This document shows, in pieces, positions 1 through 9,438 of a DNA stretch of 64,000 nt. The stretch comes from an uncultured Gammaproteobacteria bacterium (GTDB lineage Bacteria; Patescibacteriota; Microgenomatia; UBA8517). The stretch covers positions 75,705-139,704 of the forward strand of contig CAZRGC010000004.1 in the NCBI GenBank assembly GCA_964599625.1. The letters are read 5' to 3'. The position numbers and the translations under genes are program-made. The notes under the pieces are model-generated. The model was not told the origin of the DNA. It saw only the letters and a program-made list of their open reading frames with translations, and made no database searches. The number at the start of each line of letters is the position of its first letter. Positions within the stretch are counted from its first letter, which is position 1.

Positions 1-165
1 TTTTGAAGTTTTCCTTAAAAATATTTTTAGGCATATCGTTTTTAGCTTTGGCACCCTGAGCGAATGTCGAACGGGTTGTCGGCGGTTCTTTGGGCTAATT
101 CCCTCCCCGCACTCTTGATATATAAAACATAATAAACTAAGTGATAATTCAATCAAGTGGCAAAA

Positions 166-921
166 TTAACCCTGAAGTTTTTTGGGTTCCACATATGCGG
201 GGGCTGGTACGAACTGCGTTTCAAAACCCCTGACTGTGAGTCTGTCGTATGGAATTCCTTTGAGGGCGCCTTCTTTTTTTGAATACTCTGTCGTGTGAGG
301 AATGTTATTTGTCAAAAAACTTAGGCTTACTCCACTCATAACGGAAAAACGATGTATATAATCAAAAAGTGCCGGCTGCTCGTCTAAAGGTACTCTGTCT
401 ATTCCGGTTATGCAGAGTTTAACGCTTGATATGTCTTGCTTGTTGATAACCTTGCTGATTGACTGTACAGCCGACACCATTTTGTCCCAACTGTTTGCAT
501 CACCTGCTTGCCCAGCTGCGACCAGTTTCAAGCTTTGATCTACACTTCTTCTATCCAAAAAACCCAAAAGCTTTTTTTCTTTTGCTGATTTCACCAATTC
601 AACCGTCAATTCTTCAATAACTAGTGCGGCAAATAATTTATCATAATCGCTCCACCAATAGTCCCCTGGCTTGGTGTCTGTCCCGACCAGGGAGTCAAAT
701 TTATTGTTAAAAACATTTTCAGCCGTACCTACGTCATAGGAAAAGCATAATGTGTCTCTGCTAGATCTTTCTTTGAAGGCGGCAACAACGTCTTTTTGGT
801 CGGTTGGGTCGCACTGAAGTATAAGGTTGGCTCCGTAACCCAACCTAGTTAACAGATCCGCTCTGGCGTCTATGCGGGCTTGCCTATCGCCATTTCTATC
901 AGCAGTGGCAATCGAATCCAT
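166..921 (-). CDS. conserved hypothetical protein (no confident family assignment)
   Basis: 251-aa ORF with no strong overlapping alternative. No diagnostic motif recognised. Confidence 0.45.
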   Translation of the reverse strand: MDSIATADRNGDRQARIDARADLLTRLGYGANLILQCDPTDQKDVVAAFKERSSRDTLCFSYDVGTAENVFNNKFDSLVGTDTKPGDYWWSDYDKLFAALVIEELTVELVKSAKEKKLLGFLDRRSVDQSLKLVAAGQAGDANSWDKMVSAVQSISKVINKQDISSVKLCITGIDRVPLDEQPALFDYIHRFSVMSGVSLSFLTNNIPHTTEYSKKEGALKGIPYDRLTVRGFETQFVPAPAYVEPKKLQG

Positions 922-937
922 ATAACGATTATACTTT

Positions 938-1369
938 ATGCAACTTTATATGGAAAACGACACACGGATTGTTGCGGAAATTCCCTTGGAGAGAAGAGTA
1001 CTTACTGTTTGTGGAGCGGGGGCTCACAGGAGCCTTTATATGGCAGAAATTTTGCGAGAGCGTGGCTATGTGGCCAATAATCGCGGTGTTGTCAATAATT
1101 TTGCGGAAGAAAAGGATCTGGAAAACATTGGCATGATTGTGTTTGCTAGTAAAGCGATTAGGGATATTTTTGAAAAGAAAGAAAATCTTATGAAAATTGT
1201 ACATGAACGTAAAATTGAACTGTGTAATATTGAAGTTACCCAGGCGGATGATGACAAAGCTCAAAGGGAAAAGAACCTAGGGCCCATTAAAGAAAAAATA
1301 GCCTCACAACTTGACGGTATCGGCCTAACTATAGTAAAAGATTATGAATTAAATGGAGCGACGACGTGA
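938..1369 (+). CDS. small protein with a CX5R(S) P-loop-like motif (LMW phosphatase / EIIB-like fold candidate)
   Basis: Motif LTVCGAGAHRS resembles C-X5-R-S phosphotyrosine-phosphatase/ArsC-type P-loops. The assignment is weak. Confidence 0.35.
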   Translation: MQLYMENDTRIVAEIPLERRVLTVCGAGAHRSLYMAEILRERGYVANNRGVVNNFAEEKDLENIGMIVFASKAIRDIFEKKENLMKIVHERKIELCNIEVTQADDDKAQREKNLGPIKEKIASQLDGIGLTIVKDYELNGATT

Positions 1370-1706
1370 GGGTTTTTATACAACTTCTTTTGAGAGGTTG
1401 ATTTCGGAAATGTCTTCTTTGGTTTCTGAAAAGCCTAACCAAGTTCATAGAATTAAAATCGAACGTTTTGGTGGTGAGCTGTTTGGTGATATGTATGTGT
1501 CCGGGAATGTTCAGGGCGACGTTGTAAAAATCCAGGTAGACGGGGTGCAGCCCAATGCACTTGGGAGTTTTTTTCTGGCTATGGCTCAGTCGTCAGGAGT
1601 GGTTCATCCCGGAGGAATTTACGAAATTCATCACAAACCAAAAGAGGAATGTAATTTGGGATTTGGGGACATTCCAGTCGATCAAAAAAATAAAACTGGT
1701 ATTTAA
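1353..1706 (+). CDS. hypothetical protein
   Basis: 117-aa ORF overlapping the previous gene by 17 nt. No motif recognised. Confidence 0.4.
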   Translation: MERRREGFYTTSFERLISEMSSLVSEKPNQVHRIKIERFGGELFGDMYVSGNVQGDVVKIQVDGVQPNALGSFFLAMAQSSGVVHPGGIYEIHHKPKEECNLGFGDIPVDQKNKTGI

Positions 1707-1707
1707 A

Positions 1708-1752
1708 AAATGGGGGCGTTTCCTTTTTTTTTGTAGAATTCACCCCCATACC
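1708..1752 (-). terminator. hairpin (7-bp GGGGG/CCCCC stem, ~26-nt loop) followed on the minus strand by a T-run; candidate terminator for converging genes
   Basis: ATGGGGG (1710-1716) pairs with CCCCCAT (1743-1749). The minus-strand reading gives stem then TTTTTTAAAT. It sits between the converging ORFs 1353..1706(+) and 1753..2190(-). Confidence 0.35.
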
Positions 1753-2190
1753 TCATTTTAGAACTTGAAATCTTTGCAAGTTTTGAGTGATGTTGTCGAT
1801 CTGTGGATAAAGTATGTCGTATGGGTTCAATATATAGATTGCTCCAATTTCTGGAGATGGCCACAGTGGTGCCATACACATAGCGCGCAACTTTATATCT
1901 GGTCGTGCAACATTTTCAAACGTTCCCACGTCGTACCAATAACCATTCTGGTGAATTGCGTTTTTCTCCATTGAGATAAAGCGCCAAGATTCACCTGGAA
2001 GAGGTGTTTGGGTAGCAATCGGTGTCTGCGTGGCAAAGGCCTCAGCGGTTTGGGTGGAAAGCTCCAAGAAACTGTTTGGCTGTGCACCGCCTTCATCGTT
2101 ATTTCCAATAAAGCGGATACTCATGTATGCCAAAAAGGCTAAAAGCAATATTCCCAGAACCGAAAGCATCAAAACCCGTTTTTTTTGCAT
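1753..2190 (-). CDS. membrane-anchored (N-terminal TM) hypothetical protein
   Basis: N-terminal hydrophobic helix MLSVLGILLLAFLAYM, followed by a Thr/Gln-rich linker. Confidence 0.5.
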   Translation of the reverse strand: MQKKRVLMLSVLGILLLAFLAYMSIRFIGNNDEGGAQPNSFLELSTQTAEAFATQTPIATQTPLPGESWRFISMEKNAIHQNGYWYDVGTFENVARPDIKLRAMCMAPLWPSPEIGAIYILNPYDILYPQIDNITQNLQRFQVLK

Positions 2191-2278
2191 TTCTTGCTCC
2201 TTTGGCTTGGAATGTGCGAAAAACTAGTTTGAATTATACTCTTTTGTTTTTTTTGGGTTTTGGTATTAAAATCGGGTT

Positions 2279-2794
2279 GTGAAGGATAAAAGCCAGGAAG
2301 GCAAAAAAATCCGCGAAACAATTCTCCGGGGCTCCCCCCTTTTGGAGGTCTTCCTTACGGGCAATGTAGGCAACAAAAGCGATTGGGTGGATGACATGAC
2401 CGAACCCTTTACGGAGCTACACAACAAATTTGTAAATTACTACGGCTCATCTTTCGATGATATGCTTACCCCACTCAGGGAAATTGGAGACGGTTTTGGG
2501 CTTTTTGACGATGCTTATCCCGACAAAGCAAAGGTTTTGATTCTTAACGCTGTTGTAATAATGGGGATGGAAATAAGGGACAAGGCGGTTTGTCATATGT
2601 TTACGGAAGATATAGTTAAGCGCCTGATCGAAATCAGAAGTTTTGACGCGGAGGTCTACAAAAGTCCAGAAAAAAGAAAAATTGCAGCAAGTTTTATTAA
2701 GGGTGTTTTGTGGGCGGGAATTGCTTGGGCCAACGAAATGGAAAGAGATGATCCGGATGAGTTCTCCAAATTCATAACAAGGTTAGACATTTAA
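2279..2794 (+). CDS. hypothetical protein
   Basis: 171-aa ORF with AT-rich upstream region. No motif recognised. Confidence 0.45.
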   Translation: MKDKSQEGKKIRETILRGSPLLEVFLTGNVGNKSDWVDDMTEPFTELHNKFVNYYGSSFDDMLTPLREIGDGFGLFDDAYPDKAKVLILNAVVIMGMEIRDKAVCHMFTEDIVKRLIEIRSFDAEVYKSPEKRKIAASFIKGVLWAGIAWANEMERDDPDEFSKFITRLDI

Positions 2795-2866
2795 TATATT
2801 CAATATTTCGAATAATTGAATAATTGGATTATTCTGATAATATAAATTTAAAGGCGGTGATTTTAT

Positions 2867-3238
2867 ATGAAGGGGTTCAAAGTAAATATTGAAAAAATAA
2901 CTTTGGGAAACAGTTTTTTTCGCAATGTTATTTTTACCGCGCCACACTCACAATTGGTGCTAATGTGCCTAAAGCCAAACCAAGAAATAGGTTTGGAAAC
3001 ACATAGCCAAAATGACCAGTTTTTCCGTTTTGAAGCGGGCCGTGGAAAAGTTGTTGTAGAAGATGAAGAATTTTTGGTTGAAGAAGGTGACTGTGTAATC
3101 GTACCCGCAGATACAAGACATAATGTCATTAATTTGGACAACGAATACGACCTCAAGTTCTACACGCTATATTCGCCGTCGCACCATCCGGACAAAACAG
3201 TTCACAGAACCAAAGAGGAAGCACTAGCCGCCGAATGA
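2867..3238 (+). CDS. cupin-domain protein
   Basis: G-x5-H-x-Q/H...E...G core (GLETHSQNDQFFRFEAGRGKVVVEDEEF...VIVPADTRHNVIN) typical of the cupin_2 small barrel. Confidence 0.6.
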   Translation: MKGFKVNIEKITLGNSFFRNVIFTAPHSQLVLMCLKPNQEIGLETHSQNDQFFRFEAGRGKVVVEDEEFLVEEGDCVIVPADTRHNVINLDNEYDLKFYTLYSPSHHPDKTVHRTKEEALAAE

Positions 3239-3531
3239 AGTGATTTTGTCGAAAATGACCCGAGTCATTTCGACAGTCCACTCCTTACGTGTTTCTGAGA
3301 CAGCTTCTTTGTTCACCGAAATTGTATTAGTGGATGTTTCGTACAAGTTAAAAAGTTCGTCGACTTTATTGAGTATCGAAGACTCGTTGAAATTTGCAAC
3401 AAGAGTTGCAGTCTCCGGGTCCGAAAGTGCGCTAGATAGAGTGTGTTGTGGTATGTCCAGCAAACACACTTCCACATACTCATTTGCCTCCAATTCTTTG
3501 GTCATTTACGGGATTATACACCTAAAAAAAG

Positions 3532-4065
3532 TTGTATAATGCCATAATGATCACTCTTCTTTTGCCAGGTTATTCTCCAGAAAACAAATCTTGGTTGGAA
3601 GACGCCGCCATAAACGTAGCCGGGGACGGAGAAACCAGGCCTATTTATTGGAATCACTGGACCGATATTCATAAAAAGTTTGATGCCAAAGACAAAGCCA
3701 TAGATACAACAGATGTGCTTTTGGATGACTTTGCAAACGTGGTTGCCAAGTCAGTTGGGGTACTTGTATTGTCATACATGATCACAGCAACTCCGGAGAA
3801 GATAAAAAAAGTTGTTTTGTGCGGAATTCCATTAAACGATTTAAGCGACCAAGACAAAGAGGTGATCAAGAAAGCTTTGTCGGGTTTTCCCAAGAATAAC
3901 TTAATGGTTATTCACAACGACAAAGATCCCCATGCGAGCCTGGAAGATGTCCTTAAGTTTGTTGCGGAAATAAGTCCGGAAATTTCGGTGGTAACCAAGG
4001 AGGCCGATAATCACGAATACAAATATTTTGAGGATATAAATAAGTTTTTCGAGGCAAAAAATTAG
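3532..4065 (+). CDS. hypothetical protein (possible small alpha/beta-hydrolase-like fold)
   Basis: 177-aa ORF. The N-terminal LLLPGYS resembles hydrolase strand-1 motifs but no catalytic triad was identified. Confidence 0.35.
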   Translation: MYNAIMITLLLPGYSPENKSWLEDAAINVAGDGETRPIYWNHWTDIHKKFDAKDKAIDTTDVLLDDFANVVAKSVGVLVLSYMITATPEKIKKVVLCGIPLNDLSDQDKEVIKKALSGFPKNNLMVIHNDKDPHASLEDVLKFVAEISPEISVVTKEADNHEYKYFEDINKFFEAKN

Positions 4066-4101
4066 AGGGAACCTAAATTTAACTTCGGGCTCCCCCTATT
4101 C

Positions 4102-4839
4102 TTATTCAACAACCACAACTGGCGTACCTACACTTGCCCATCCAAAGAGCCACTCAGCATCCTTAACGCTGAAATTTACACACCCATGACTCATAGGAAC
4201 CCCAAAGTTGTCATGCCAGAACGTACCATGAAGGCCATAACCCTGAAAAAAATACATAACGTATGGAACGTCACGAATGTAGTAACCGGGCCCGCTCATG
4301 TCGTCAAATCTGTACTTGACGTATATTTGATACCGACCTGTAACTGTTGGATGCTCGGTGGTGCCAGTGGAAACAACAAACTGCCTGATAATTTTTCCGT
4401 TTTCCACGGCGTAGGCTTTTTGTTCCGACAAAATTACGTACACTTCCCTGCCATCCGTTTTGGGCGGCCAAGGTGGAATTGTCAGAATTTGGCCTTGGTA
4501 GACAAGGTCGGGATTTCCCAGATTGTTTTGATCAGCCAGGTATCCCCATGGAATCCCAAATCGATCGGCAATTGCAATCACAGTGTCTCCTTCTTTTACC
4601 TCGTATTCAGCAGGGAAAGTTGGAGTTGGACTAGGCGTCGGCGTGACCACTCTGGGTGTATTTGTAGGGACAAGTGTTTTGGTGGTTGTCGCAGTTGGAA
4701 CTAAAGTTCTTGTTGGCGATGCTGTCACCGTGACCTCTATTGGTACAAAGGCAGCGGTTTGTGGCAAAAGGCACATCAAGAGAACCAAAAGAACCGCATA
4801 TAGAATTCTTTTCACTGCAAACCTCGTGTGAACGTACAA
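4102..4839 (-). CDS. L,D-transpeptidase (YkuD family) with LysM domain and Thr/Pro-rich linker
   Basis: LysM-like EGDTVIAIADRFGIPWGYLADQNNL..., catalytic HGTFWHDNFGVPMSHGCVNF (His...Cys YkuD motif) and an N-terminal TM/signal. Confidence 0.85.
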   Translation of the reverse strand: MYVHTRFAVKRILYAVLLVLLMCLLPQTAAFVPIEVTVTASPTRTLVPTATTTKTLVPTNTPRVVTPTPSPTPTFPAEYEVKEGDTVIAIADRFGIPWGYLADQNNLGNPDLVYQGQILTIPPWPPKTDGREVYVILSEQKAYAVENGKIIRQFVVSTGTTEHPTVTGRYQIYVKYRFDDMSGPGYYIRDVPYVMYFFQGYGLHGTFWHDNFGVPMSHGCVNFSVKDAEWLFGWASVGTPVVVVE

Positions 4840-4907
4840 AAACTAAAATACTAGAGGATATTTTACACCATACAATCTAAATTTGCATGGAGCTGAAGGA
4901 GATTTGG

Positions 4908-5681
4908 CTAGCGAACTTCGTATGTAAGACTTACACTCAAATTGATTTCAGTTTGCCCGGGAGCCACACTTGCCTCAGGTGTGGTTGCATTGCCTGCTGC
5001 CTTGTCTACTGCCATCATTGTTTCGTATGGCACTGGGCGGCCGTATGACTGATTTTCGGAAACATTAATGACCTTACCCAAAGAAATCCCTGCTGCTCCT
5101 GCTAGTCCTTCGGCTTTGGCCTTTGCATCCTCAACAGCCAATTTTCTTGCTTCGTTCATTTTTTCTTTTTCTGTCTTGTCGTTAACGTCAAAACTAATTC
5201 CCCCAACCACGTTTGCACCGGCCGCGATCGCCTTGGTCAAAGCATCGTTCACTTTGTCAAAATCTCTAATTTTCACCTGATAGCTTATGGATACCTGAAA
5301 TCCGGTGATTCTTGAGGTGGAATCGTTGTAATCATAGTTGGGGTAAACATTGTATGAAGTTGTTTTTATGTCGTCTTCCGAAATTCCAAGATTTTTAAGT
5401 GAGTCTGTAAGTGCCTTCGATTTTGCATTTACTGATGCCTCAACGGTTTTTAGGGAAGGCCCGTCACCTTGGATGCCCAGATTGATAACCGCCATGTCAG
5501 GAGTTACAAACACTTTACCATTACCAGACACTACAAACGGTTCACCTTTGGCTTGGGAAGTTACCGAAAAAGGAATTGCCGGTCCCCATTTTGCGAAGAT
5601 AAACAAAAAAACAAAAAATAGAACCACCCACCCACCCTGATGGTGTTTGGGGCCTGAAAATTTTTCTTTGATTTCTTCCAT
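4908..5681 (-). CDS. SIMPL/DUF541-domain periplasmic protein
   Basis: N-terminal TM, VTPDMAVINLGIQ...SISYQVKIRDFDKVNDALTKAIAAGANVVGGISFDV... matches the DUF541 (26 kDa periplasmic immunogenic protein) pattern. Confidence 0.75.
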   Translation of the reverse strand: MEEIKEKFSGPKHHQGGWVVLFFVFLFIFAKWGPAIPFSVTSQAKGEPFVVSGNGKVFVTPDMAVINLGIQGDGPSLKTVEASVNAKSKALTDSLKNLGISEDDIKTTSYNVYPNYDYNDSTSRITGFQVSISYQVKIRDFDKVNDALTKAIAAGANVVGGISFDVNDKTEKEKMNEARKLAVEDAKAKAEGLAGAAGISLGKVINVSENQSYGRPVPYETMMAVDKAAGNATTPEASVAPGQTEINLSVSLTYEVR

Positions 5682-5699
5682 TAGTTAATACTAAACAAA

Positions 5700-8333
5700 T
5701 CAAACTTCTTCTGCAACTTCACCCGTATCTTCGTCTTCATCGTCACCCTTTTCCAGGCATGCGGCTGCTGCAACCGAGTCGTTTTTGTCAGCAAACCTCA
5801 TAAGGATTACTCCTTGTGTTGCACGTCCCAACTGAGGAATGTTTCTTAGAGGCAGCTTGATCACCTGCCCTGATTTGCTTGTAATAACAACCTGTTCAAT
5901 TTTCTCTGTTACCATTACAGCAGTTCTTAAATCCCCAGTTTTTTCACTAAGCACAGATGCTTTTACGCCTTTACCTGCTCTTTTTTGGAGTGGGAAATTA
6001 TTTACATCGGTCCTTTTCCCAAGTCCGTGTTCGGAAATTGTAAGAATGTCGCGGAAAAACTTCTTTCTTTTGTCTGTTGGTCTTACTTCTTTTGCAGGAA
6101 ACACTTCCATTCCGATAAGTTCATCGCCCTCGCCAAGTTTGATCCCGGTTACTCCGCTTGTTGCGCGTCCCATTGGTCTGGCGTCTGTTTCGGGGAATTT
6201 AATAGACTGACCTTTTCTGGTCAAAAGCAGTACATGGTCTTCCCCGCTTGTGGAGTGAACCGATACCAAGTTGTCTGTGTCCTGAAGCCTTATTGCTATA
6301 AGACCCGACGCTCTTAAGTTTCTGAACTCCTCTGTTGCCGTTTTCTTGATATGGCCATGTTGTGTGGCCATAATAATATTTTTGGATTCCTTAAGAAGCG
6401 GAAGAACTGATCTGGTTTCTTCACCTTGCTCCAAGTTTAAAAGATTAACGAGCGCTTGTCCTTTTGCCTGGCGGGATGATTCCGGAATATCCCATGCTTT
6501 TGTGCCGAAAACACGGCCTTTATTGGTGAAGAATAAAATTGTGTCGTGAGTTGTTGCGGATAACAAATGTTCAATTTCATCTTCTTCTTTTGTTGTCATT
6601 CCTATCACACCCTTACCACCTCTTCTTTGAGATCTGTATGTGTTTACCGGAAGTCTTTTGATATAACCGGTCTTGGTTACCATCAAAAGAGTGTCCTCTT
6701 TTGGAACTAAGTCTTCTTCTGATATCTCCCCCAAAGCGTGTTTGTAAATCTTTGTTTTTCTTGTATCGCCATATTTTTCTCTGAGTTCTGTGATCTCTTT
6801 TACTATGATTTTTAAGACACTGTTGGGGTCTTTGAGGATAGCTGTAAGTTCGTCTATAAGCTTTTTGATCTCCTGGTATTCTTTTTCTATTTTCTCGCGC
6901 TCAAGCGCCGCCAATCTTCTAAGCTGCATATCCAAAATTGCAGTTGATTGAATAACAGAAAGCCCAAATCTTTGGATAAGGTTATTTTTGGCGTCTTCTT
7001 GGGTTCTACTTTCCCTAATGGTTTTGATAACAGCATCCAAATTATCAAGCGCAATCTTAAGTCCTTCCAAGATGTGAGCTCTCTTTTTGGCTTCTGTAAG
7101 TTCAAAAATAGTGCGTCGCACAATAACTTTTTGTCTGTGCTTAACGTACTCCACCAAAATTTGTTTAAGATTTAATGTATGTGGCGTTCCTTCTACAAGT
7201 GCAACAAAGTTTGCCGGGAATGTGGTTTGAAGTCTTGTGTGTTTGAACAAGTTGTTTAGAACAGATTTTGGTTTGGCATCACGCTTAAGTTCCACCACAA
7301 CTCTCATACCATCTTTGTCGGATTCGTCTCTGAGGTCAGAAATACCGACAATCTTTTTGTCCTTAACAAGCTCGGCAATTTTGGCCACCATTTCGGCTTT
7401 ATTCACTTGATATGGAATTTCGGTAATTATAATTTGGCTTTTCCCTTTGCTGCCGTCTGTAATTTCAGCGATTCCGCGTACGGAGATTTTTCCGCGTCCT
7501 GTAGAATAAACTTCTTTCAAAGAATTAGCGTCATAAATGGCTCCTCCTGTTGGAAAATCAGGACCGGGAACTATATTTGTAAGTTCGTCTATTGTTATTT
7601 CGCTTTCAAAAGAAACAGCTGTGGGGTTAACTTCTTCTTCGGTTAAACCCTTGGACTCACCTGCTGCCACAAGGTTAATTTTCTTGATGACAAAATCGGT
7701 TTGTTCCAAGTGTTTTTCTTCTTCGGTTACAACCTTGCCTGCCTTAATAGTTGCGATAACTGCATCCACAACTTCGGTTAAATTGTGCGGAGGAATTTTT
7801 GTGGCCATACCAACCGCAATACCTTCACTGCCCATCAAAAGCAGATTTGGCAGAAGTGCCGGCATGTATATTGGCTCTTTTAGAGTTGCATCAAAATTGT
7901 CCAGATAGTCGACTGTGTCCTTTTCGATGTCCAAAAGCATGAAATCTGCAATTGCTGCAAGTTTTACTTCTGTATAACGCATGGCCGCAGGCGGGTCGCC
8001 GTCCACTGAGCCAAAGTTACCTTGGCCTTTAACCAAGGGATATCTCATAGAAAAGTCTTGAGCCATACGCACCATCGCGTCGTAAACCGCCATGTCACCA
8101 TGAGGATGATACTTACCCAAAACTTCTCCGACTATTTTTGCTGATTTACTAAATGATCCGTTGGCGTGAAGCCCCATTAAATGCATTGCGTAAAGGATTC
8201 TGCGGTGTACTGGTTTGAGTCCGTCGCGTACGTCGGGAAGTGCACGGGCAACTATAACGCTCATTGCGTAATCCAAATAGGACTTAGAAAGTTCTGAAGT
8301 TATCTCTGTTGGTGTTACTCGTCCAATATCCAT
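5700..8333 (-). CDS. gyrA: DNA gyrase subunit A
   Basis: N-terminus [29 protein letters not shown] with active-site region, and C-terminal beta-pinwheel repeats. 877 aa. Confidence 0.97.
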   Translation of the reverse strand: MDIGRVTPTEITSELSKSYLDYAMSVIVARALPDVRDGLKPVHRRILYAMHLMGLHANGSFSKSAKIVGEVLGKYHPHGDMAVYDAMVRMAQDFSMRYPLVKGQGNFGSVDGDPPAAMRYTEVKLAAIADFMLLDIEKDTVDYLDNFDATLKEPIYMPALLPNLLLMGSEGIAVGMATKIPPHNLTEVVDAVIATIKAGKVVTEEEKHLEQTDFVIKKINLVAAGESKGLTEEEVNPTAVSFESEITIDELTNIVPGPDFPTGGAIYDANSLKEVYSTGRGKISVRGIAEITDGSKGKSQIIITEIPYQVNKAEMVAKIAELVKDKKIVGISDLRDESDKDGMRVVVELKRDAKPKSVLNNLFKHTRLQTTFPANFVALVEGTPHTLNLKQILVEYVKHRQKVIVRRTIFELTEAKKRAHILEGLKIALDNLDAVIKTIRESRTQEDAKNNLIQRFGLSVIQSTAILDMQLRRLAALEREKIEKEYQEIKKLIDELTAILKDPNSVLKIIVKEITELREKYGDTRKTKIYKHALGEISEEDLVPKEDTLLMVTKTGYIKRLPVNTYRSQRRGGKGVIGMTTKEEDEIEHLLSATTHDTILFFTNKGRVFGTKAWDIPESSRQAKGQALVNLLNLEQGEETRSVLPLLKESKNIIMATQHGHIKKTATEEFRNLRASGLIAIRLQDTDNLVSVHSTSGEDHVLLLTRKGQSIKFPETDARPMGRATSGVTGIKLGEGDELIGMEVFPAKEVRPTDKRKKFFRDILTISEHGLGKRTDVNNFPLQKRAGKGVKASVLSEKTGDLRTAVMVTEKIEQVVITSKSGQVIKLPLRNIPQLGRATQGVILMRFADKNDSVAAAACLEKGDDEDEDTGEVAEEV

Positions 8334-8444
8334 GCCTGTAAATAAAAATAAAGGCTATTTAAGCCCAAAATGATTGTAATGTGGGAATACTGAATACGCA
8401 AGCACTTAAAGAAGTCGAACTGTCGGGGTTTTTGGTGGTAGTGC

Positions 8445-8511
8445 GGGTCGGACAGGTTTCTAAATCTAGACAAATATGGTTAATTTGTTTTCGACTGAAC
8501 CTGCCGACCCG
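8445..8511. promoter_or_regulatory. long imperfect hairpin (13-bp stem GGGTCGGACAGGTT / AACCTGCCGACCCG, ~40-nt loop) inside a 517-bp GC-richer intergenic region upstream of gyrA
   Basis: Inverted repeat seen directly at 8445-8458 and 8498-8511. The region 8334-8850 has no convincing CDS. Confidence 0.4.
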
Positions 8512-8850
8512 ACTTTTAAGAATGTGGGTTGACCAGTACCCGAATATATCCTCAGCCGATGCTTTGGATGGCTTTGAGTCTGCGCAGACATCAAAGTCCT
8601 TTGGTGCGGGTCCAACCGTGATATACAAGGAGAATGGCGCTGGGATATGTCCCGTTTTCCAATTTCCTCTGCTATTCCCAAATGTAGGAACGCAATCACA
8701 GTCCGCTATTAAATGTTCGGGGCATGCCTCCCGTAACACCGAGGTAGAGTTTTGAACCTCTTCCAGCCAAACAAACAGCTAGGATACGAGTATTATAACA
8801 GATTATAGGACAATGTCAATATTATAGGGCCGGCCCCTTAAGCCCCGAAT

Positions 8851-9438
8851 TTATTTGAGAGGTTTGGCTTTGATTACTGCGCGGGTGGAGTCAAAAAGCC
8901 CCCAGCAGGTGTAAATTGTCAGTTCTTCTTTGTTGGTTGGTGCAACCAGGTCCACCCTGTCTGGTGGTACAAAGTCTTTCCAATAAGCTTCATAGGCATG
9001 CACTGTCCCGTCTGCTGTCTTTATGAATATTTTTTGACCCAAAGACAGATATGGCAGGTTTCCGAAGAGCACCTTTTTGTTGTGTCCGTATATAACAGTG
9101 TTGCCACCTGCTCCAGGGCGTGCTGAGGAGGCCAGGAAAGTGGGTTTGTCGTAGGATATAGTCCATACTCCGTTTTTGATCTCCCCTGTTCCCAGTGGCA
9201 AATCAATGCCTACGGAGGGAATTGTCACTTGCACAGGCATCTCTCCTTTGATAGTGGTAGCTTCGGGTGGCTTGGTAAAAGAAAGCACACGTACACGATA
9301 GTAGTTAACTCCACCAAAAACAAAGAGAATGACGCCGAGGATTAAAACAATAAGAGGATTTCTAAGTTTTTGGAACTTACTTAGATAACTTGAGGGCTTT
9401 TTTGATTTCTTTAACGCCTTTGGCGATGAATGTACCAC
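8851..9438 (-). CDS. sortase-family transpeptidase (membrane-anchored)
   Basis: N-terminal TM, catalytic VIYGHN (His), TIYTCWG (TLxTC Cys) and a downstream Arg (STRAVIKA). It overlaps the upstream substrate gene by 62 nt, so the true start may be later. Confidence 0.75.
   Translation of the reverse strand: MVHSSPKALKKSKKPSSYLSKFQKLRNPLIVLILGVILFVFGGVNYYRVRVLSFTKPPEATTIKGEMPVQVTIPSVGIDLPLGTGEIKNGVWTISYDKPTFLASSARPGAGGNTVIYGHNKKVLFGNLPYLSLGQKIFIKTADGTVHAYEAYWKDFVPPDRVDLVAPTNKEELTIYTCWGLFDSTRAVIKAKPLK

Noticed and set aside
5839-7908. Plus-strand ORFs inside gyrA (5839..6210, 5985..6317, 7537..7908)
   Set aside because: Antisense to a highly conserved gyrA coding sequence.
8359-8755. ORFs 8359..8739(-), 8381..8755(+) and 8466..8699(-) in the gyrA upstream gap
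   Set aside because: Three mutually overlapping ORFs with no motifs, no plausible starts or contexts and odd composition. The region is better treated as non-coding or structured RNA.
8334-8850. Attempt to call tmRNA or RNase P RNA
   Set aside because: Only loose matches to GGAUUCGACGGG / GGAAAGUCC elements and a CCACCA string on the minus strand. No convincing tRNA-like acceptor/T-arm or P4 pairing could be built by eye. Left as an uncharacterised structured region.
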